From NCBI GenBank assembly GCA_048013815.1, contig CM106586.1:16864001-16928000 (forward strand): a DNA stretch of 64,000 nt. Reading direction: 5' to 3'. The notes under the pieces are model-generated. The model saw only the letters and a program-made list of their open reading frames with translations. It was not told where the DNA came from and did not search any database. The position numbers were made by a program, and so were the translations under genes. Within the stretch, counting starts at the first letter, position 1. Each line of letters begins with the position of its first letter. The DNA comes from Setoptus koraiensis. Taxonomy: Eukaryota; Animalia; Arthropoda. This document shows, in pieces, positions 55,929 to 64,000 of this stretch.

Positions 55929-57467
55929 TTAATATAACTTCTTTTCATAGGAATGTAGCCCGTGAACACCACCCTCGACTTGCGCAGAAACGGTTCTTCG
56001 CTCAAATCTCAACTCTCCTTGATACATCGAATTTCTCAGTATCTCTAAACTCCGAGCCCCAATATCTTGACAACCAAACTTGATATTAGTGATAATGTAT
56101 GGCAGATAGCTATGGATGGAACCTTTATCTTCAATATTCCCAGACACTCCTTGAGCTACTCTTATTTTATCAGCCTCTGTCTGAAAGTATCTCGTCAAAC
56201 TTCCAGCGCCATCTTTTGATTCCATAGCGTCTAGTGATCCCATACCTCTATATTTCTTTAGTCTGACTCCCTCGTTTGACCAGAAATATTTGCCTGGGGT
56301 TTCGCTTGTGCCAGCTAGCATGGATCCCATCATGATAGTTGAGGCACCAAGAGCTAGGGCTTTGATAGCATGTCCTGTAGAGGAGACACCTCCGTCCGCA
56401 ATTATGGGAACTTGATAAGATCTGGCGAATTCCGCCACACTATAAACAGCAGTTGCTTGCGGTCTTCCACAAGCCATCACTTCTTGCGTTATACAGATAG
56501 AACCGCTACCCATGCCTACTCTTAGTCCATCTGCTCCCGCCTCTAATAGAGATTTCGCCTGGGCTCTTGTGACAACATTTCCTCCGATCACTTGAAGGCT
56601 TGGATATGTAGACTTTATATGGCGCAGCATCTCCACTTGATATATGGAATTTCCTTGAGATGAATCCAACACTATAACATCAACGCTTGCTTTCGCTAGC
56701 ATTTCCAAACGTACTCTGTCTGTGTGGCGAGTTCCAATGGCTGCTCCGACCAGCAGTTGATTGTTTTCATCTTTGCTAGCATTAGGATAATCTCTACTTT
56801 TCTTCAGATCAGATCGAGCCATCAGAGCAACAAGTTCGTTATTTTGATTGATTATTGGCAGTTTACCTTTTTTACTTTTTTGTAAAATTTCGTTGGCCTC
56901 CTTTAATGAGATTGTTGATGGAGCAGTCACTAGGTCCTTGGTCATAACATTCGACAATGGTGTGTTTAGTTCATCTTCACTAAGGAAATCAATATCTCTC
57001 GATGTTATGATACCCAACAATTTACCACCAAGTTGTCCATTATCGGTAACAGGTACACCAGCGAAACCTTTCGTTTTTTTGACCTCATAGACATCTCTCA
57101 CCGTGTTGTTGGGTCCCAACACAACTGGATCCCTTATGAAGCCATGTTTATACTTTTTGACTTTCTTCACTTCACTTGCTTGAAACTCCGGAGTACAGTT
57201 ATGATGAATGATTCCTATACCACCACACAAAGCCATGGCAATGGCCATTTCAGATTCAGTAACTGTGTCCATGGGCGAAGAAACAAGTGGTGCGTGCAAT
57301 TTGATTTTTTTAGTTAGGTTTGATTGCAAGTCCACCTGATCGGGTCTGAAATCAATGTAGCCTGGTAGTATTAGGAAGTCATTGTAAGTTAAACCATCGC
57401 CTTGGCGAAACATTTCTTTTGCAGTGAGTCCATCTCGTATATCAAGATTATCACGAAGTTGTGCCAT
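55929..57467 (-). CDS. IMPDH: Inosine-5'-monophosphate dehydrogenase, single exon, 512 aa
   Basis: [24 protein letters not shown] pair, DSSQGNS, catalytic [30 protein letters not shown] and [18 protein letters not shown] (eukaryotic type). Confidence 0.98.
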   Translation of the reverse strand: MAQLRDNLDIRDGLTAKEMFRQGDGLTYNDFLILPGYIDFRPDQVDLQSNLTKKIKLHAPLVSSPMDTVTESEMAIAMALCGGIGIIHHNCTPEFQASEVKKVKKYKHGFIRDPVVLGPNNTVRDVYEVKKTKGFAGVPVTDNGQLGGKLLGIITSRDIDFLSEDELNTPLSNVMTKDLVTAPSTISLKEANEILQKSKKGKLPIINQNNELVALMARSDLKKSRDYPNASKDENNQLLVGAAIGTRHTDRVRLEMLAKASVDVIVLDSSQGNSIYQVEMLRHIKSTYPSLQVIGGNVVTRAQAKSLLEAGADGLRVGMGSGSICITQEVMACGRPQATAVYSVAEFARSYQVPIIADGGVSSTGHAIKALALGASTIMMGSMLAGTSETPGKYFWSNEGVRLKKYRGMGSLDAMESKDGAGSLTRYFQTEADKIRVAQGVSGNIEDKGSIHSYLPYIITNIKFGCQDIGARSLEILRNSMYQGELRFERRTVSAQVEGGVHGLHSYEKKLY

Positions 57468-60433
57468 AGTGTTCGATATAATCTGGTGTGCGTTTATACT
57501 TGAAGTGTACTAAATGAAATCTTAATCTAAATACAAATTTTGTATATATTTGGAGTAATTATCATATCAACTCGTTGCTAATCGTATGTTTTAATAGAAA
57601 ATGTTGCGATGATACGTTCGTTTGCGTTGTAGTTGAACTAATCGAATGTTAAAAGGAATGATTGTTAGTAATAGTTTTATATATCGTGTGAACAAATGCC
57701 CAACATATGTGTTGTATAAATATATTGTTTCCCTTTTCAGTCTATTTGTGTTTGGAAGTTATCTTTTCTGAAAAACTTATCTTTATCTAGTAGCTATAGC
57801 TAGCAGAGTTCAAACTTGATCATGACAGTTGCCTAGCTAAATTTTGATTGATTTTTAAGTGTTTCCCTTTATCTTTTTGATAAGAATTATTTGATGAGAA
57901 TTTGATCAGTGATGAAAGATTTGATAAGTGTCACCCATCGGATAGTCTGAATGAGGGCGTGATTGCTATTCTACTCTTGGGCGAGATACTATTGTTACGT
58001 TTGTTATATGATGATTGGCTGACTATTGACACTCAATCTAATTGGAAATTTCTTGTTTATTTGATTACGTTTTCTTGCTGTGTTGCAATATAAGCTCCAT
58101 GACTCGTTGTTGTTGTTGTTTGCTCAATTTGTCATTATATAATGTTTTTTTAACCGACAACGCTGGCCATGACGATTACTTAAATGATACGCAGATTGGT
58201 ATTATCTGCTTGCGACTTTATCTCACGATTACACATCATAAACGAGGGATAGAGAGAGAGAGAGAGAGAGAATTCAAGTGAGATATAATTGTATCAAGTG
58301 ATGATGGTGAATTTGCATGGCAACAAGCACTGCAAATATGTTTACATTTCATTTGAGATTTGTGGTTGCGATTGCGACATTGGTGACGTTTTTCGGCAAC
58401 TCAGCAAACTATGTGTGGCTATTTCAAATGGTCGTCATCAGTCGTCGTTGCAGACTGGCAATTCTCTTTGTGTGTCCTATCCAATGCTGCTGCAATGATG
58501 TAATCGGTGGCTGCTGTAATTACCGCCGGCAACAGTGTGATGGCATGACGCTCGGTCGAGGTGCCCAGAGTTCTTCTCTGTCTATTGAATGTTGTCTCTA
58601 TGTATTGTGATAATTATATTCGTCGGTATATCGATGATAATCATCACCGATAATAGTAACGATCGGCGACAATGATTTAATTTGGCGATAATAATTTAAT
58701 TTGGCGATAATCTAAATTTGAATTATATCCGTGATTACATATCCTAGATTGTAATTAATGGATGCCACAACGGACGATAATTTTTCGTTGCTGGCCACTC
58801 GATTGTGTGCACCAACACAAACGTGCGGCGTGTAACACCTCACGCACACAAATGACCGAATCGAATTCGTGTCGCGAACAATAGCAACTCATGCGTAACA
58901 CTATGGCGAGAGTTCCCACCGATCAGCTGTTTGTGCGGGCCGGCCCGCACCGTTTGCACCTTTCCGTGTGCGCCCACTCTCACAACTTGTTAGCACAATG
59001 CGCTTTGTGCGGTGACTCTCGATGCCCGGTCGCCCCAATGATTGGGGCCCAATCCGATCAGCTCTATTTGTCAGGTTCGATTGTGTCGCAACTCGCGATT
59101 CGCCACTTTCGTTCCATAGTACGTGTGCATTCCATAACGCATCGTTTTAAAATCTTTCCATAATGCATTCTAGCCGCTAGAATCTAGCGAAATCTTTCTG
59201 AGGTGCAGCGTAGTGACTCACTACTAGTGAGGTCTTTCCACGATGGGATGGGGGGGGAGGCTAGAAATGAAACTGTCCGGTCCACGAACGTTCGATCTCG
59301 AGCCGCACTTCGTGGGTCTCGAGTTTGCTGACCTTGCAACAATCCTTGCCAAGCGCAATCCAGGTGGCATCACCCGGCGACCAACCCGTCAAACTAATTG
59401 GCAACATTGGATTTGGCTATCCGCAATATAAACGGTTGACCAGAGCAATTGGCGCCTGATCCGCTGACTCGATTGTTTTACGTTACAATGTAATTTTAGA
59501 ATTTAGGTGTAATTGATTTCACTGCACATCGTCTCTGCTGACAATGCGACTGACTTATATTTGCCGGAAGGAATCCACGAAACAATCCGCTCATATAATT
59601 CACCATCGGTCTCCTGTCTGCTTGCTGAAATTAATTGGCCCGGCGACAGTTCGGAAGCTATCATTCGCCGATATTCTTGCTTGCATTTCTTTTTCATTCA
59701 GCACGTCTCTAAAAGCAGTAACTATTTATTAATATAGTAAGTTTCCCAATTGATTTCCTCACTTGAACCTTGCCTTCCTTCATGACATTTGTGTCCGCTA
59801 CATGTCATGATGCATCAGAAAGCGTTTATTTTCTGTCATGTGTGCGATCATGCAATAGAATTGGAGCACGATAATAATGGAAAAAAAATGTCGGAAATAG
59901 TAGATATTGCTGGGGTTCATGACACCGATATTTTGCTGAGCAACAACAGCATGTTGATAGCAAATACAATATAACTGACTCTCCAAAATGTCAAGTCACG
60001 CCATCCTGACCGCTCCGGCGCAAATTTTGTTAGTACACCTTATCGATTGTTAGCTCTAGTGGCTGTATCGTTAGCCAGTAGAGTTAATTCTGTTATATAA
60101 ATACGGTGACATTTTGAATTGTCAGTTTCATTTGCTCAGTTTCGTCGCTCTCAATTTTCGATTGCCGCAAGTGTCCAATGTTCTCTGTGGGTCCTTTGAC
60201 TGTAGAAAACAATATCATATCCAGGAAATCAACAACAAACAGACTGGCTATGTTTACAGTTTAGTCAATTTCGTGAAAAAACTATAAATAGATTTTTCTC
60301 CCAGTTACTCGTAACATACTCATAACTAACAGAAAAAGAACATTCTCGAGCGTATTAGTCTCAGTAGAAGGCGAAAACTGGTGTCTATCAAACTAGCGGA
60401 ACGTAATCATTGACAAACATCAACAATTACAAT

Positions 60434-61543
60434 ATGGCAAATAGTTCTAATAAATCAAGATTAACTTTGATCCTTGTCGCTCTTTTAATTGTTGACGGAG
60501 TGGCAGCAGTTTTTGACAAAGCGTTTAAATGTCGCGAAGAAGAATGTGAGATACCGGAGGAACATTTTAGTTTATATTCAAGAGCCAAGCAAGCGTTCGA
60601 TAGTGAATTCGACTTCAAGAATGGCAAAGAGATAATAGCTTTCTCACACGCTATCAGAATATTGCACCAGCGCTACGATAACGCAGACGATTTTGATAGT
60701 CTGCCAGGAGCTCAAGTGATCAGAGATAAAATATTGGCGAGGCCGGATTTCAAGCGCGCCTTGCTTATATTGAGCTCCGATGAGGGTCGCACCCTAATAG
60801 ATTTGTACAGAGTGAAATTGAATGACAAGAAATACAACACGTCTTGCTCGTCAGCTAGAATAGCCAGGATTAAACGGGGCGAAAACTTGATTAAAGAAAA
60901 TAGTGATCTTAAATGGATGTTCCAGAAATTGCACAAAAGTTTTGTCAATCGATCGGCATTGAAATGTTTGAAGTATTCCTGTAAAGGTGTCAATACAGCC
61001 ATGACAGTTATCAATCCAGAATCAATAGAATGGTCCAAAGGTTCTCCTATCATGAACTCAATCGACAGAGAATACAAGAAGCAAGAGCTGGCTTTGTGTC
61101 AGTTCATTACAGGTACCAACGATCCTATGTGTCGCATAGAGGCCAGCGAATTGGCTCAGTTCAAACCTGAAAATTCCACTCAAATTCAGCCTCTAGTCGC
61201 CGCATATGCGAGAAACAGGGCTGAGATCAATGGCGACAATCAAGGTGTAAGCATCGAAGAGTCAAAACAAACCTTGATGGCTAAATGCCGCACTATGGAG
61301 AGATCACTGGACGAGGCACTGTTCGGTTTAAAGTGGTTCTCACAACAACACATATTGAGTGACCAACAGGTGGACACACCACGTTACTGGTGTCCTGAGT
61401 TGTCTTATTGGATAGAAATCGATAGAATATGCAAACAATTGCCGGCGGCTTTTGAAGGAAAATCTCTCGACAACTCCAGCACCACTACCCCAGATGCCGA
61501 TCTAAGCTACAATATAATTGATTCGAATCAATATAATTTATAA
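60434..61543 (+). CDS. Orphan secreted Cys-containing protein, single exon, ~369 aa
   Basis: First ATG at 60434, signal peptide (RLTLILVALLIVDGVAA), long open frame with ordinary composition and ten Cys; no family recognised. Confidence 0.75.
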   Translation: MANSSNKSRLTLILVALLIVDGVAAVFDKAFKCREEECEIPEEHFSLYSRAKQAFDSEFDFKNGKEIIAFSHAIRILHQRYDNADDFDSLPGAQVIRDKILARPDFKRALLILSSDEGRTLIDLYRVKLNDKKYNTSCSSARIARIKRGENLIKENSDLKWMFQKLHKSFVNRSALKCLKYSCKGVNTAMTVINPESIEWSKGSPIMNSIDREYKKQELALCQFITGTNDPMCRIEASELAQFKPENSTQIQPLVAAYARNRAEINGDNQGVSIEESKQTLMAKCRTMERSLDEALFGLKWFSQQHILSDQQVDTPRYWCPELSYWIEIDRICKQLPAAFEGKSLDNSSTTTPDADLSYNIIDSNQYNL

Positions 61544-61656
61544 TCCATATATGAATAATATGAATTATTATTATTCATATCATTTGAAGATTCTTTTGAA
61601 TAGAATAGTTTCTATCTTTTTATTTCTCAGTGTTTGTTGTCTCTTTTATTAGCATA

Positions 61657-61743
61657 ATGGATAATGATGAGCTTGCAAAACTCCAGCTCTGATATGCTAT
61701 GTGATATTGGAAGCTGGAGATTCGCGAGCTCATCATTATCCAT
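61657..61743. ncRNA. Pre-miRNA-like hairpin, 87 nt (candidate)
   Basis: 17-bp perfect basal stem, further 8-bp and ~7-bp stems, 8-nt loop; no match to a miRNA I recognise. Confidence 0.4.
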
Positions 61744-62444
61744 CATATTAACAAGCGAGATAACAAACATTAAGAAATAAGAGGACCGAAACTATTCTAC
61801 TCGAAAGAATCCCCAAACAATAAAATTATCATGCATTCTCTCTGTAACAAACTTCTTGTAGAACTTTGCTGAGCTACAAAGTAGTCGAGAGAATCCATCG
61901 ATATTTACACCAGTACGTCACACATTTCTTTGTATGTAGTAAAATTATACTGTAAGCTATATTTATATAAAGAAGAGTTTTAGGTCCCGTTCAAAGTTCT
62001 GAGGAGTCCTTATTCAACAGCTCGCTTTTCTATTGTTGTTTATGTAGACACTACGAATCAGATGTTCTTATTCCAAAACAATATACTCTCCACGTCGGAG
62101 ATTCTTTATTATGTATGTCTTTGTATTTGTAGTATACATTATGATTACCAGATGAAATATGACTATTCACTCTATTATATTTTTTTCGCTCGAGTTTGCG
62201 TGGTTTAAGTTTGGAGAAACGGCTACCGTTTTGTTTGGTTAAGGTTTGTCGTAGAAGATTTAAAGAGTAAGGGTTTCAAGGGCAGATTAGCATTTCGTCC
62301 GTCCAACTTTCATCAACCAGAAACTGGTTATGTTTAATCTGATACACTTTTGCTTCAAATAAAACATTGAGGTAGTTCCAAGACTCTGGTGTCTTCATTT
62401 TTGTACAAGTTGATCTTTTTGTGCCATCCGATTGTGACCCATTC

Positions 62445-62757
62445 TTATCCCATACTGATGAGGAAATGAAAGGTATATGGTGATTTTGAACAGCCAGCTC
62501 TGAGACGCAATATCGTTGATTAACTAATGATGAATCAATACTTACAAGAAAAAGTCATCGTCACTGATCATCATATTTTGCTGGCCAGGCATCAATATTA
62601 CTTCCCTGTCATCGTCGAGTACAGTTGGCATGCCGCTTTGATCGAACATGATCACGTCGGCCTCAACTAAGATCCCGATCAATGATAGGATGGTCATTAA
62701 TGATAATGTCACAAGCGATGTGTGATGCACAATCTTGACGAGTTTACTAATCTTCAT
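62445..62757 (-). CDS. Small secreted orphan peptide, 2 exons (62757-62546, 62454-62445), ~73 aa
   Basis: ATG, hydrophobic signal ending VEA|DVIM and an acidic Met-rich mature part. A 91-nt phase-2 intron (TT|GTAAGT..CATCAG|T) gives the ending DDDFFFMG*; the unspliced frame ends DDDFFL*. Confidence 0.55.
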
Positions 62758-63141
62758 TTCGACAGTTGAATGGTTGTTTGCTTCTTGTTTTGATTGACAA
62801 TGTATAACGTGAATGTTTTTGCAAGAGATATCGATTTACACTGTTCGGTGAGTCGGCAAGAATGTCGGGTGCGAAGAAAGGTTGCATGTTTTTATACTCT
62901 AATTAGAGGAACTAGAACAAATATTAAGCAACAATCTAGCGGAGAAAAGAAGTCATGGAATGGAGGTAAGTGAGGCTAAACGCGGGGAAAACTAGTGACA
63001 AACCCACAAAATATTGCACAATTATTCTAAATTAATTTACGATCACAGATAATTATTAACAACAACATGGTTAGAAGGATTGGACATTACAGATTCACGA
63101 GACATCTATGCAGTCTTTCTTGTCTATTAGAGCGAATCTAG

Positions 63142-64000
63142 TCAAAGCGCCACTCTAGTTCCGCCTGAAGGATCCGGTTCACTGATCATGTTAGGATGTG
63201 GATTGTTCACAGACAAATGTTGCCTGTCCGAGTTGTCAGAGAATGGGTCTTTGGTAGCTTGAGATTGATAGAAGAACAGCACATAAATAATGAGAATATG
63301 CATAATAAAGACATAAAATAATATAACGTACTTCATCATTGGATATGCTCTGAAAAAATAGTTGGTTCGTCTAAGGAATGTATTCAATCTCATGTAGGCC
63401 CGTCTTAAGCGCAGATTTAAATTTCTGTTGTTTAGCAACCTTTCCCTGATGTAATGCTCGAACCTTTGCATTAGATAATTATTGTTGACCGAAGATTTTT
63501 GCGTCGAACTTAAAGGAAGATAAAATGTGGCACTGCTTTTATCCGTTGAATTAGCTGATAATCCATTCGATACACTATTCGAAAAACTAGTTTGAGAGCC
63601 TTTGAGCAAGTCCATGTCAACTGAAGATGAATCACTTTCGTTGTTTCTAGGTTTGAGCGACCTGCTTAGCTGATCTTGTAGATATCTACTGTTGGCAAAT
63701 GTCGATTGATTATGTTTGTTGATGTTTGACCCATGATTAATCGAACTTTTGTTTTGAGATTGTTCAACCTTTCGCTGAGGCCTCTCCGAATTCTGTTGTT
63801 GTTGTTGTTGTTGCTGCTGCTGAGCCGTGGTAGCATATTCTTCCAGGCTTTTGCTGATAGCAGCTCTTATCTCATCTACTTCCATGGGTCGCATGGGAAT
63901 AACTAGAGGACCATCGTTTTTGTTATCTTTGTTGTTGGACAGTCTATGGTTCGTATTAGTATGGGGTTCCCCGTCGGAGGTGTGTCCACTGCTCAAGTTT
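63142..64000 (-). CDS. C-terminal part of a golgin-84 (GOLGA5)/CASP-type tail-anchored Golgi protein; 5' end lies beyond the window
   Basis: The frame is open to the window edge. RLRRAYMRLNTFLRRTNYFFRAYPMMKYVILFYVFIMHILIIYVLFFY resembles the golgin-84 tail (FLRRYP, TM helix with Y-x4-H). Confidence 0.55.
   Translation of the reverse strand, partial: NLSSGHTSDGEPHTNTNHRLSNNKDNKNDGPLVIPMRPMEVDEIRAAISKSLEEYATTAQQQQQQQQQQNSERPQRKVEQSQNKSSINHGSNINKHNQSTFANSRYLQDQLSRSLKPRNNESDSSSVDMDLLKGSQTSFSNSVSNGLSANSTDKSSATFYLPLSSTQKSSVNNNYLMQRFEHYIRERLLNNRNLNLRLRRAYMRLNTFLRRTNYFFRAYPMMKYVILFYVFIMHILIIYVLFFYQSQATKDPFSDNSDRQHLSVNNPHPNMISEPDPSGGTRVAL

Noticed and set aside
55929-57467. Horizontally acquired bacterial IMPDH, because it is intronless
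   Set aside because: The N- and C-terminal motifs are of the eukaryotic type, and neighbouring genes are also intronless.
59503-60220. Cryptic minus-strand multi-exon gene (short protein-like frames, TACTAAC branch-like sites)
   Set aside because: I could not assemble a stop-free spliced model; the candidate introns of 33-54 nt are shorter than the others here.
61549-61580. Small AT-rich hairpin after the orphan gene's stop codon
   Set aside because: An 11-12 bp AT-only stem is expected by chance in this composition.

Overview
Eukaryotic animal genomic DNA with GT-AG introns mostly 80-230 nt long. The gene set and intron paucity suggest a mite with a compact genome, possibly eriophyoid-like (inference). 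The window has two compositional halves. Bases ~1-27 kb are GC-rich and hold a 14-kb gene-free stretch full of micro/minisatellites and GGGCCC hexamers, a 3-exon NompC/TRPN channel (minus) and a 3-exon ADAR-family deaminase-domain gene (minus). Bases ~29-64 kb are AT-rich and gene-dense: a 6-exon secreted M13 neprilysin, a TAX1BP1/CALCOCO-like gene, an ADAM metalloprotease, BLTP3/UHRF1BP1, GRIPAP1, an XK-related protein, a mucin-like membrane orphan, IMPDH, two secreted orphans and the C-terminal part of a golgin-84-like gene. Best lead: the ADAR-like protein has lost every zinc/catalytic residue and shows no dsRBD but keeps most of the IP6-pocket residues, and its predicted 3'UTR carries a 27-bp hairpin with a single A-C mismatch just before the poly(A) signal. 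Other leads are a neprilysin missing about 200 aa of its substrate-gating domain, a duplicated BLTP3 tail lying antisense in the predicted ADAM 3'UTR, a TA-flanked MITE, a palindromic 27-bp array and a pre-miRNA-like hairpin. All family calls come from motif recognition by eye; no database searches were run.
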